Shown piece after piece: positions 1 to 9,300 of a stretch of 32,000 nucleotides of DNA. The notes below the pieces were generated by a model. That model was not told where the DNA came from. It saw only the letters and a list, made by a program, of their open reading frames with translations, and ran no database searches. The DNA comes from Cupriavidus necator. Its GTDB lineage: Bacteria; Pseudomonadota; Gammaproteobacteria; Burkholderiales; Burkholderiaceae. Made by a program: the position numbers and the translations under genes. The stretch is from contig NZ_CP066018.1 of NCBI RefSeq assembly GCF_016127575.1, forward strand, positions 150,001 to 182,000. Direction: 5' to 3'. Position 1 is the stretch's first letter. Every line of letters starts with the position of its first letter.

Positions 1-2791
1 GCGCATGATGGAATTCAAGTGGCCGGCCGCGCTCGCCTATGTGCGCGCCAACCGCCTGAACCACAACGTGATCGAGGGATCCAACGACCGCCTTGGCATC
101 ATCGCCAGCGGCAAGGCCTACAGCGACACGCGCCAGGCCCTGCTCGACCTTGGGCTTGACGATGCCACCTGCCGCGCGCTCGGCGTCCGGCTGCACAAGG
201 TCAGCGTGGTATGGCCGCTGGAGCCCGACAGCGTGCGCGACTTTGCGCGCGGGCTGCGCGAGATCCTGGTGGTCGAGGAAAAGCGTCCCGTGATCGAGCA
301 GCAGTTGAAGGACGAGCTGTACCACTACCCACCCACCTCCCGCCCGGCCGTCTTTGGCAAGTACCACCACGCCGACGGCGCCGGCGGCGAATGGAGCCAC
401 CGCAAGCCGGCCGAGGACTGGCTGCTGCGCGCCAAGGCCGATCTCTCTCCCGCGCTGGTGGCCAAGGCCATCGCGCAGCGGCTCAAGGCGCTGGGCGTGC
501 CGGCCGACGTGGCCGCGCGCATGGACGTGCGCCTGCAGGAAATCGACGCCAAGGAACGCGCCACCGCCCAGGGCGATGCGCGCGCCACCGACCGCCTCCC
601 GTGGTTCTGCCCGGGCTGCCCGCACAACACCAGCACCCGCGTGCCGGAAGGCTCGGTCGCGACGGCTGGCATCGGCTGCCATGGCATGGTGGTGTGGATG
701 GACCGCTCGACCACCTCATGGTCGCAGATGGGCGGCGAAGGCGTGCACTGGATGGGCCAGGCACCCTTCAGCAAGCGCACCCATATGTTCGCCAACCTGG
801 GCGACGGCACCTACAACCACTCCGGCCTGCTGGCGGTGCGCCAGTCGATCCACGCCGGCGTGAACCTGACCTACAAGATCCTGTTCAACAGCGCCGTGGC
901 CATGACCGGCGGCCAGCCGGTGGACGGCCAGCTCGATGTACCGGCGATGTCACGTGAACTGGCCGCTGAAGGCGCCCGGCAGATCATCGTTGTCACGGAC
1001 GAGCCGGGCAAGTACAAGGGTGTCGACGACCTCGCAGCCGGCGTCACCGTGCGCCACCGCGACGAACTCGATACCGTGCAGCGCGAGCTGCGCGAGGTGT
1101 CCGGCGTGACCGTGATCATCTACGACCAGGCCTGCGCCACCAAGAAGCGCCGCGAGCGCAAGCGCGGCACCATGATCGATCCGGCCAGGCGCGTGGTCAT
1201 CAACGAGCTGGTGTGCGAAGGTTGCGGCGATTGCTCCGTGCAAAGCAACTGCCTGGCGGTGCAGCCGGTCGAGACCGACTTCGGGCGCAAGCGCAAGGTC
1301 AACCAGGACACCTGCAACAAGGACTTCTCCTGCACCAAGGGCTTCTGCCCGAGCTTTGTCACGGTCGAAGGCGGCCAACTGAAGAAGCCCGCCACCACCG
1401 CGAGCGGCCGCGCCACGCCCCCGGCCATCCCGATGCCCACGCTGCCGGACGCCGGCAAGCCGCGGCGCATCGTGGTGGCGGGGATCGGCGGCACCGGCAT
1501 CGTCACCATCGGCGGCGTGCTGGGCATGGCCGCCCACCTCGAAGGCAAGGGCGTGATCACCCAGGACGCGACCGGCATGGCGCAGATGGGCGGGGCCACC
1601 TGGAGCCACATCCAGATCGCCGCCAGCCCGGACGCCCTGCATGCGAGCCGCGTCGACATGGCAATGGCCGACCTGGTGATCGCCTGCGATACCGTGGTCG
1701 CGGCCAGCAAGACCTCGCTGGCCGCGATGTCGCCGGCACGGACCTATGTGGTGCTGAACAGCCATATCACCCCCACCGCGGCTTTTGTCCGCAACCCCGA
1801 CTGGGATCCCCAGGTCGGCGAGGCCGTGGGCAGGATCGCCCAGTCCGTCGGCAAGGGCCAGCTCGCCGGCTTCGACGCCGAACAGGTGGCGAAGCAGCTG
1901 CTCGGCCAGTCGATCTACGCCAACCTGCTGCTGCTCGGCTATGCCTGGCAGAAAGGCAAGGTCCCGCTGTCGCACGCGGCCCTGATGCGCGCCATCGAAC
2001 TCAACGGCGTGCAGGTCGACAGCAACAAGGCGGCCTTCGAATGGGGCCGGCTGTGCGCCCACGATATGTCGAAGATACCCGCGCAGCCGGCCGGCTCGCA
2101 GGTGATCCAGTTCGTGCGCAAGGTGCCGGTGGAGGAACTCATGAAGAAGCACGCCGAATTCCTGACCGGCTACCAGAACCGGACCTACGCGGCGCAATAC
2201 GAGTCGTTTGTCGGACGCGTAAAGGCGGCGGAATCGGTCGTCGGCGGCACCCGGCTGACCGAAGCCGTGGCCCGCTCGCTGTTCAAGCTGATGGCCTATA
2301 AAGACGAATATGAGGTGGCTCGCCTGCATACCGGAGCCGCATTCCGCCAGCAGATCGCGTCGATGTTCGAAGGCAAGGTCCGGCTGGTGCACCACCTGGC
2401 CCCTCCCCTGTTTGCGCGGAAGAGCCAGGCCGGCGAACTGGTCAAGGGCACCTATGGCCCGTGGATGCGCACCGCATTCGGTGTACTGGCCCGCTTCAAG
2501 GGCCTGCGCGGCACGGCATTCGATCCTTTCGGCTACACCCTGGAGCGCAAGGAGGAGCGGGCCCTGATCGGTGAATACCGGCGCAGCGTGGAAGCCTTGC
2601 TGCCGGCACTTTCCGCGCAAAAGCTCGAGCTGGCGCTGGAGATTGCCCGGCTGCCGCAGGAGATCCGCGGCTACGGCCACGTCAAGGCGCGCAACCTGGC
2701 GGCCACGCGCACGCGCTGGGAGCGGCTGATGGCGCAATGGCATCAAGGGAGCGCAAAGCCGGGACAAATCAAAGCTACTGAAGCGGCATAA
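1..2791 (+). CDS. indolepyruvate ferredoxin oxidoreductase family protein (fused IorA/IorB type), 5'-truncated by window edge
   Basis: ORF 5..2791 is open to the window start in the same frame. It has a 4Fe-4S ferredoxin-type motif (CEGCGDCSVQSNC), a TPP-enzyme-like segment (GCHGMVVWMD...NLGDGTYNHSG) and an IorB-like Rossmann start (RIVVAGIGGTGIVT). From memory these fused proteins are well over 1100 aa, so a few hundred N-terminal residues lie upstream of the window. Confidence 0.9.
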   Translation, partial: RMMEFKWPAALAYVRANRLNHNVIEGSNDRLGIIASGKAYSDTRQALLDLGLDDATCRALGVRLHKVSVVWPLEPDSVRDFARGLREILVVEEKRPVIEQQLKDELYHYPPTSRPAVFGKYHHADGAGGEWSHRKPAEDWLLRAKADLSPALVAKAIAQRLKALGVPADVAARMDVRLQEIDAKERATAQGDARATDRLPWFCPGCPHNTSTRVPEGSVATAGIGCHGMVVWMDRSTTSWSQMGGEGVHWMGQAPFSKRTHMFANLGDGTYNHSGLLAVRQSIHAGVNLTYKILFNSAVAMTGGQPVDGQLDVPAMSRELAAEGARQIIVVTDEPGKYKGVDDLAAGVTVRHRDELDTVQRELREVSGVTVIIYDQACATKKRRERKRGTMIDPARRVVINELVCEGCGDCSVQSNCLAVQPVETDFGRKRKVNQDTCNKDFSCTKGFCPSFVTVEGGQLKKPATTASGRATPPAIPMPTLPDAGKPRRIVVAGIGGTGIVTIGGVLGMAAHLEGKGVITQDATGMAQMGGATWSHIQIAASPDALHASRVDMAMADLVIACDTVVAASKTSLAAMSPARTYVVLNSHITPTAAFVRNPDWDPQVGEAVGRIAQSVGKGQLAGFDAEQVAKQLLGQSIYANLLLLGYAWQKGKVPLSHAALMRAIELNGVQVDSNKAAFEWGRLCAHDMSKIPAQPAGSQVIQFVRKVPVEELMKKHAEFLTGYQNRTYAAQYESFVGRVKAAESVVGGTRLTEAVARSLFKLMAYKDEYEVARLHTGAAFRQQIASMFEGKVRLVHHLAPPLFARKSQAGELVKGTYGPWMRTAFGVLARFKGLRGTAFDPFGYTLERKEERALIGEYRRSVEALLPALSAQKLELALEIARLPQEIRGYGHVKARNLAATRTRWERLMAQWHQGSAKPGQIKATEAA

Positions 2792-2813
2792 ACCAAAGAC
2801 TGAACCAACGAAA

Positions 2814-2835
2814 GCCCCGTCACCTTCACCGGGGC
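2814..2835 (+). other. stem-loop after the IOR gene (GCCCCG-N10-CGGGGC), possible weak terminator
   Basis: 6-bp GC inverted repeat 23 nt after the TAA stop. There is no following T-run, so its function is uncertain. Confidence 0.25.
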
Positions 2836-2862
2836 CCGTCAGAGACAGCGAGGAGACAACAG

Positions 2863-3843
2863 ATGAAATCCGTATTGAACCGTTTTGGCCGTACCCTGGG
2901 CGCGATCGCATTGGCTGCCTGCGCCACCAGCGCGCTGGCACAAGGCGGATATCCCAACCGGCCAATCCGCATCATCGTGCCGTGGCCGGCAGGCGGCGGC
3001 GTCGATGCCGTCACCCGCACGGTGGCCGAGAAGATGACCGCCAGCCTCGGGCAGCAAGTCGTGGTCGACAACCGCCCCGGGGCGACCGGCAATATCGGCG
3101 CCGGCATGGGCGCCAAGGCGGCGCCGGATGGCTACACGCTGCTGGTCGCCAGCGCGCCGATGGCGATCAACGCCAGCCTGCATAAGAACCTGCCCTTCGA
3201 CATGGGCAAGGACTTCGCGCCGCTGGGGCTGATGGCAAGCTCGCCGTACATGTTGGTGGTCAACCCGTCCGTGGGCGGCTCGGTCAAGGAACTGGTGGCA
3301 CGGGCCAAGGCGGAGCCCGGCAAGCTCAGCTATGCCTCGCCCGGCCCGGGCACCCAGCAGAACGTGATCAGCGAGGTGTTCAAGGAAACCGCGCATATCA
3401 ACGTCGTGCACGCGCCGTACAAGGGCGGACCCCAGGCGCTGACCGACATGGTGGGAGGCCATATCCACATGATGTTCCACGGCGTGCCGGCGGTGATGCC
3501 GTTCGTCAAGGGCGGCCAGCTCAAGGGCATCGCCGTGGCCAGCAAGCAGCGGCTGCCGTTGTTCCCCGACGTGCCGACCATGGCGGAAGCCGGCTTCCCG
3601 GGCATAGAAGCCAGCGAATGGTATGGCCTGGTCGCGCCTGCCGGCACGCCCAGGGAGATCGTTGCGCTGCTGAGCAAGGAAATCGACAAGGCGCTGAATG
3701 CGCCAGGTGTGCGCCAGCAGCTTGTCAGCAAGGGCTATGAGCCGGCCAGCCAGAGCTCTCCGGACCAGTTTGCGACGTTCATGGCGGCAGAGCAGAAGAA
3801 ATGGGCGCTCGCCATCAAGCAGACCGGGTTCCGGCTGGAGTAG
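2863..3843 (+). CDS. Bug family (TctC-like) tripartite tricarboxylate transporter substrate-binding protein
   Basis: SD GAGGAGA lies 6 nt before the ATG. Signal peptide ends in ...ALAACATSALAQG. Bug-family hallmarks are present: RIIVPWPAGGGVDAVTR, YASPGPGTQQN, and a C-terminal FMAAEQKKW-type segment. Length is 326 aa. Confidence 0.9.
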   Translation: MKSVLNRFGRTLGAIALAACATSALAQGGYPNRPIRIIVPWPAGGGVDAVTRTVAEKMTASLGQQVVVDNRPGATGNIGAGMGAKAAPDGYTLLVASAPMAINASLHKNLPFDMGKDFAPLGLMASSPYMLVVNPSVGGSVKELVARAKAEPGKLSYASPGPGTQQNVISEVFKETAHINVVHAPYKGGPQALTDMVGGHIHMMFHGVPAVMPFVKGGQLKGIAVASKQRLPLFPDVPTMAEAGFPGIEASEWYGLVAPAGTPREIVALLSKEIDKALNAPGVRQQLVSKGYEPASQSSPDQFATFMAAEQKKWALAIKQTGFRLE

Positions 3844-3859
3844 CCGGCGCGCGGCGCAA

Positions 3860-3888
3860 CCAGCCTGGACCGTAACGGTTCAGGCTGG
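3860..3888. terminator. long hairpin between convergent genes (candidate bidirectional terminator)
   Basis: CCAGCCTGGACC-GTAAC-GGTTCAGGCTGG forms a 12-bp stem with one G.T wobble. It lies between the Bug stop (3843) and overlaps the SulP stop codon (3880-3882). Flanking T-tracts are weak. Confidence 0.5.
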
Positions 3889-5610
3889 CTTGTCGACGTA
3901 GTCATCCACCGCACTGCCCACCGTGGGGTGGAAGTTCTTGTCGCCGATCGCTTCCATCAGCTCGAAGCGCTTGAGCTTGTCGCGCACCGGGTCCTTCATC
4001 TCGGCAAAATGCAGCGCGATGCCGCGCTCGCGCAGGATGCCGCTCAGTTCACGCAGCATGTCGGCCGAGGTGACGTCGACGCTGGTCACCGGTTCGGCCG
4101 CCACCACCACCCTGCGCACGGGTGTCGGCGATTCGTCGATCGCTTCCATCAGCCGCGCCTGGAACAGCTCGGCATTGGCGAAGAACAGCGGCGCATCCCA
4201 GCGGAACAGCAGCAGCCCGTCGATGCGCTCGGCATCCGGGTAGCGCTTGGTGTCGTGGTAGCCGCGCAGGCCCTCGACACGGCCGAGCACGGCATAGTGT
4301 GGCCGCCAGCCGTCCCACAGGAATTCGATCACTGCAAGGACCACGGCCAGGATGATCCCCGGGATCGCCCCGAACACGGCAACCGCGGCAAAGCAGACCA
4401 TCGACAGCCAGAACTCCCACTGCTGGATGCGGTAGATGCGCTTCAGGTCCGCGAACTCGAACAGGCCTATGGCCGCCGCGATCACCACCGCCGCCAGTGC
4501 GCTGTTTGGCAGGTACTGCAGCAGGTTGGGCGCGAACATCAGCAGCAGCGCCACGGCCAGTGCGCCCACGACTCCGGTGAGCTGGGTCTTCGCGCCCGCG
4601 GCTTCGGCCACCGGCGTACGGGACGCGCTGCTGCTGATCGGAAAGCCCTGGAAGAATCCCGCGGCCAGGTTGGCGGCGCCCAGGCCGACCATCTCCTGGT
4701 TCGGGTCGACCCGGGTGTTGGTGCGCGCGGCAAAGGTGCGCGACAGCACGCTGGTATCCGCGAACGAGATCAGCGCGACGGCAATGCCGCCCAGCAGGAT
4801 CGCAACCAGGTCCGCGCCACTGACCCAGGGCACGACAAAGCCCGGCAGCCCTTGCGGGGTCTTGCCCAGCACTTTCACCCCGTTCTGGTCGAGATCGAAC
4901 ATGCTGACGGCCACCGTCGCGACGATCACGGCAATCAGGATGCCGGGCACGCGCTCGAAGCGCTTCAGCAACAGGATCAGCACCAGGCTGCCCGCGCCGA
5001 CCGCAAAGCTGTACCAGTTGGTCTCGCCGCCCAGGATCGCCCGGCCGAGGCTGATCATCTCCCGCAGCGGGCCGGCGTCTTCGATCGAGATGGCGAACAG
5101 CTTGGGCAACTGGCTGACCAGCACGGTGAGCGCGATCCCGTTCATGTAGCCGTAGCGGATCGGCTTGGACAGCAATTCGGTAATGAACCCCAGCCGCAAC
5201 AGCCCCATCACGATGCAGACCACGCCCGACACGATCGCCATCATGCTGGCCACCATGACCGCGCGCCCCGGATCGCCGCCGGAGACCTGCAACACCACCG
5301 CCAGGATTGGCGCCGCCAGCGCCGAATCCGGCCCCAGCACGAGGATCCGGCTCGGGCCAAGCAGGGCATACACCAGCAGCGGGACCATGGTGGCGTAGAG
5401 CCCGTAGACACCGGGCACGCCGGAGGCCTCGGCGTAGGCGATGCCGACCGGCACCAGCATGGTCGTGAGCACCAGACCGGCGGCGAGGTCTTTCGGCAGC
5501 CAGGCCGGCTGATAGTTCTTCAACACCAGCAGTCCCGGGAGCCAGCGCAACCATCCGGGTGCCTTGTCGACTTCGCGCTGCGCGGCGGGGGTCAGGTTCT
5601 GGGGCTGCAT
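3880..5610 (-). CDS. SulP family inorganic anion transporter with C-terminal STAS domain
   Basis: Multi-TM body (LAAGLVLTTMLVPVGIAYAEASGVP..., GPDSALAAPILAVV...) plus a STAS-like tail (VVVAAEPVTSVDVTSADMLREL...ALHFAEMKDPVRDKL). Start chosen at Met89 of the track ORF (MQPQNLTPAAQ..., ATG at 5610). The upstream 88 aa are Arg/Cys-rich and not protein-like. No clear SD, so start confidence is lower than gene confidence. Confidence 0.88.
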   Translation of the reverse strand: MQPQNLTPAAQREVDKAPGWLRWLPGLLVLKNYQPAWLPKDLAAGLVLTTMLVPVGIAYAEASGVPGVYGLYATMVPLLVYALLGPSRILVLGPDSALAAPILAVVLQVSGGDPGRAVMVASMMAIVSGVVCIVMGLLRLGFITELLSKPIRYGYMNGIALTVLVSQLPKLFAISIEDAGPLREMISLGRAILGGETNWYSFAVGAGSLVLILLLKRFERVPGILIAVIVATVAVSMFDLDQNGVKVLGKTPQGLPGFVVPWVSGADLVAILLGGIAVALISFADTSVLSRTFAARTNTRVDPNQEMVGLGAANLAAGFFQGFPISSSASRTPVAEAAGAKTQLTGVVGALAVALLLMFAPNLLQYLPNSALAAVVIAAAIGLFEFADLKRIYRIQQWEFWLSMVCFAAVAVFGAIPGIILAVVLAVIEFLWDGWRPHYAVLGRVEGLRGYHDTKRYPDAERIDGLLLFRWDAPLFFANAELFQARLMEAIDESPTPVRRVVVAAEPVTSVDVTSADMLRELSGILRERGIALHFAEMKDPVRDKLKRFELMEAIGDKNFHPTVGSAVDDYVDKPA

Positions 5611-5813
5611 GGGTCGAGTTATGCCCTGGGCAGGCAAGGAGTATGCATCGACTATAGGAGGTCGCGCTTCGACAAATGTGCATCGAAGCAAAGAAAAAAG
5701 GGATTTTGGATTGCGCTGGCGGCACCAGGCCGAGGCTCCCGCGAGCCGCTCCGATGCTGCATCGCAACACCTCCTCGTGCTGCCACGCTGCCTGCGCAGG
5801 TCTGCGCGCTGTC

Positions 5814-5879
5814 GACAACCATCAGTTTCTGACAATCCCGCGACGGGCACATATGATGGTTGTCTGGCGGGCATGCCCG
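5814..5879. promoter_or_regulatory. nested inverted repeats in the SulP / secreted-protein divergent intergenic region
   Basis: Perfect 11-bp arms GACAACCATCA (5814-5824) and TGATGGTTGTC (5854-5864) enclose a small CCCG-CGA-CGGG hairpin. They are followed by the 12-bp perfect palindrome CGGGCATGCCCG (5868-5879), 24 nt before the ATG at 5904. Confidence 0.35.
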
Positions 5880-5903
5880 TTATCCATCACCGGGGAGAGA
5901 ACG

Positions 5904-6251
5904 ATGCCGATATCCAAGAGATGCCTGGTAGCCGGCCTGGTGGCACTGGGCTGCGCCTCGGCGGCGCTGGCGCAGCGCGCATCGACCGAGGGTGCCGCGA
6001 GCGCCATATCGGATGCCGTTCAGGGCGGGACCAATCCCTATCGCCCCCCGTCGGCCGCCACCCAGGATCCCGAAGAGGCCGCACGCGCGAAGTGCGAGGA
6101 GCTGAAGGAGCAGTACAACGCCACATCAAAAAGGCGTTCGTACCATTCCGCCCCGGGCACGCAGAACGCGCAGGGCCGGACCATCCCCAAGATCGAACGC
6201 GACAAGACGCGCAAGCAACTGCAGCAGGCGTACCGCGACAATTGCACGTAG
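5904..6251 (+). CDS. small secreted hypothetical protein (115 aa, Sec signal peptide, two Cys in the mature part)
   Basis: SD GGGGAGAGA lies 3-4 nt before the ATG at 5904. N-terminus MPISKRCLVAGLVALGCASAALA|Q has an AXA cleavage motif (a weak lipobox ALGC is also possible). The mature part is hydrophilic with Cys at AKCEEL and the C-terminal DNCT. No family recognised. Confidence 0.6.
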   Translation: MPISKRCLVAGLVALGCASAALAQRASTEGAASAISDAVQGGTNPYRPPSAATQDPEEAARAKCEELKEQYNATSKRRSYHSAPGTQNAQGRTIPKIERDKTRKQLQQAYRDNCT

Positions 6252-6336
6252 CCGGGATCTGTCTGATCGGCGTGGTGGAAGTGGCGGACGGTTCGCTGCA
6301 GGATGCAAATCGGAGCCTGCGCCCTGCCGGCCAACG

Positions 6337-9300
6337 TCAGCCCTTCAGTTCGATCAGCAGATCCTTCGCCGCCACGCGATCCCCCTGCTGAACATGGACT
6401 GCGGCGATCTCGCAGTCCCGCTCCGCCGCGATATGGGTTTCCATCTTCATCGCCTCCAGCGCCAGCAGCGTCGTGCCCGCGGCCACGCGCTGCCCCGGCT
6501 GCACCGCCACCGTCACGATCGAGCCCGGCATGGGCGCGGCGACATGCAGCGGATTGTCGGGTTCGGCAACCGGACGGCCATGGCGCGCTGCCGCCGCTTG
6601 CGTGGTGCTGCGCTGCTCGACCAGCGTGGTGCGCGACTGCCCGTTCAGCTCGAACTGGACCTTGATGACACCCTCTTCGGCATCGGGGTGCGTGCCTTGC
6701 AGCGAGACCAGCAGGGTCTTGCCGGCAGCGATGTCGATCGCCACTTCTTCCTGCGGCTGCAGGCCGTACAGGTATGCCGGCGTGGGTACCACCGAGGTGT
6801 CGCTGTAGTTGCGCACATGCGCGTGGTACTCGCCGGCCTGCTTCGGGTACATCAGGTACGAAGCCAGCTGGCGGTCGTCGAGCGGCTGCTCGCACGCCGC
6901 TTCGGCCGCGGCGCGCGCCGCGTCGAGGTCGACCGGCGGGATCTGGTCGCCGGGCCGGTACGGCACGGGCGGCTCGCCGCGCAGCACCTTGCGCGACAGT
7001 TCCGCGGGGAAGCCGTCCGGCGGAAAGCCCAGCTCGCCCTTGAACAGCGACACCACCGATTCAGGGAAGGCAGTCTCCCTGGCGGGATCGCACACATCGG
7101 CGGCGCTCAGGTCGTTGGCCACCATCATCAAGGCCAGGTCGCCGACCACCTTGGACGTCGGCGTCACCTTGACGATGTCGCCAAACATCTGGTTGACCTC
7201 GGCATAGGCCCGCGACACCTCGGTCCAGCGATGCTCGATGCCGAGCGAGCGCGCCTGCTCGCGCAGGTTGGTGTACTGGCCGCCGGGCATCTCGTGGCGG
7301 TACACGTCGGCGGTGCCGGCGCGGATTTCGGATTCGAACGGCGCGTAGTAGCGGCGCACCCCTTCCCAGTACATCGACGCCTCGTGCAGGCGCTCCAGGC
7401 TGAGGCCGGGATCGCGCTCGCTGCCGGCCAGGGCCGCGGCGATGCTCGACAGGTTGGGTTGCGAGGTCAGCCCGCTCATGGCGTCGAGCGCGCCGTCGAC
7501 CGCATCGCAGCCGGCCTCGATCGCGGCCAGCGCCGAAGCGGCCGAGATGCCGCTGGTATCGTGGGTATGGAAATGCACCGGCAGCCCGGTCTCTTCCTTG
7601 AGCGCCCTGACCAGTGCCGCCGCGGCCTGCGGACGGCAGATGCCGGCCATGTCCTTGATGCCCAGCACGTGCACGCCGGCCTGCTTCAGCTCGCGCGCGA
7701 TGCCTACGTAGTACTTCAGGTCGTATTTGGCGCGCGACTTGTCGAACAGGTCGCCGGTATAGCAGATCGCGCCTTCGCACAGCGCGCCGCTCTCGCCGAC
7801 AGCATCGATCGCCACGCGCATGTTGCGCACCCAGTTCAGTGAATCGAACACGCGGAACACATCCACGCCGGCGCTGGCCGCCTGGCGCACGAAGAAGCGC
7901 ACCACGTTGTCCGCATAATTGGTGTAGCCAACCGCGTTGGAGCCGCGCAGCAGCATCTGGAACAGCACGTTGGGAACGCGCTCGCGCAGTTGCTCAAGGC
8001 GCTGCCACGGGTCTTCCTTGAGGAAGCGCAGCGCCACGTCGAAGGTGGCGCCGCCCCAGCACTCCAGCGAGAACAGCTGCGACAGTTCGCGCGCATAGAA
8101 CGGCGCGATCGGCAGCATGTCGGCGGTGCGCATGCGCGTGGCGAACAGCGACTGGTGCGCGTCGCGCATGGTGGTATCGGTCAGCAGCACCTGCTTCTGC
8201 TCCAGCATCCAGCGCGAGAACTTCTCCGCGCCCAGCTCGCGCAGCCGGTCGCGCGTACCGTAGGGCAGCGCGCCGCCGGTGTCGAAGGCGGGCAGCACCG
8301 GTGCGGGCAGCGGCAGCGATGGCAGCGTGCGGCCGCTCATCTCCGGGTGCCCGTTGACGCTGACCTCGCCCAGGTAGCGCAGCAGCTTGGTGGCGCGGTC
8401 CAGGCGCTTGGTGAACGCCAGCAGTTCCGGCGTCAGGTCGATAAAGCGCGTGGTGACGTCGCCGGACCGGAACGAGGGATGGTTGATGACGTTCTCGAGG
8501 AACTGCAGGTTGGACGCGACGCCGCGGATGCGGAACTCGCGCAGCGCGCGGTCCATGCGCCGGATCGATTCGGGCGCGGTCGGCGCCCAGGTGGTAACCT
8601 TGACCAGCAGCGAATCGTAGTACGGCGTGATCACCGCGCCGCCGTAGGCGGTGCCGGCGTCCAGGCGCACGCCGAAGCCGGCCGCGCTGCGGTAGGCAGT
8701 GAGGCGGCCGTAGTCCGGCAGGAACCCGTTCTCCGGGTCCTCGGTGGTGATCCGGCATTGCAGCGCGTGACCGTTGAGCGAAATCGCTTCCTGCACCGGC
8801 ACGCCCGCGGCGCGCACGACGATCTCGCCGTTCTCATTGCGCGTGTTCTCGGTCATGCCGAGATGGCCGCCTTCGGTCACGCGGATCTGCGCCTTGACGA
8901 TATCGATCCCGGTGACCATCTCCGTGACCGTGTGCTCGACCTGGATGCGCGGATTGACCTCGATGAAGTAGAACTGGCCGGAGTCGGCATCCATCAGGAA
9001 CTCGACCGTACCGGCATGCGTGTAGCCGACCGCGCGCATCAGCCGCAGGGCCGATTCGCACAGCGCGGCCCGGCCGGCATCGTCGAGGTATGGCGCGGGC
9101 GCCCGCTCCACCACCTTCTGGTTGCGCCGCTGCACGGTACAGTCGCGCTCATAGAGATGCACGAGGTTGCCGTGCGTGTCGCCGAGCACCTGCACTTCGA
9201 CATGGCGCGCGTTGCGCACCAGCTTCTCGACATACACCTCGTCGTTGCCGAACGCAGCCAGCGCCTCGCGCCGCGCCGCGGCGAGCGCCCCCTCAAGGTC

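Noticed and set aside
950-2965. 671-aa minus-strand ORF antisense to the IOR gene
   Set aside because: The composition is Arg/Gly/Ala/His-rich low complexity with no recognisable motif, and it lies fully opposite a strongly conserved gene. This is the classic GC-rich shadow ORF. The same reasoning covers the shorter overlapping ORFs in 93-2567.
3928-5832. 634-aa plus-strand ORF (and a 589-aa minus-strand alternative frame) over the SulP gene
   Set aside because: The products are Arg/His/Gln/Asp-rich nonsense lacking TM segments or motifs. The SulP frame explains the region completely.
5611-5874. N-terminal extensions of track ORFs (SulP to 5874, pyc to 9909, livH to 20541, leuC to 25526, CoA-transferase to 27621, dioxygenase to 30312, tnpB to 16882)
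   Set aside because: The extensions are Arg/Pro/Cys-rich, overlap neighbouring genes or spacers, and precede internal Met codons. Those internal Met codons give family-typical N-termini, and most have good SD sequences.
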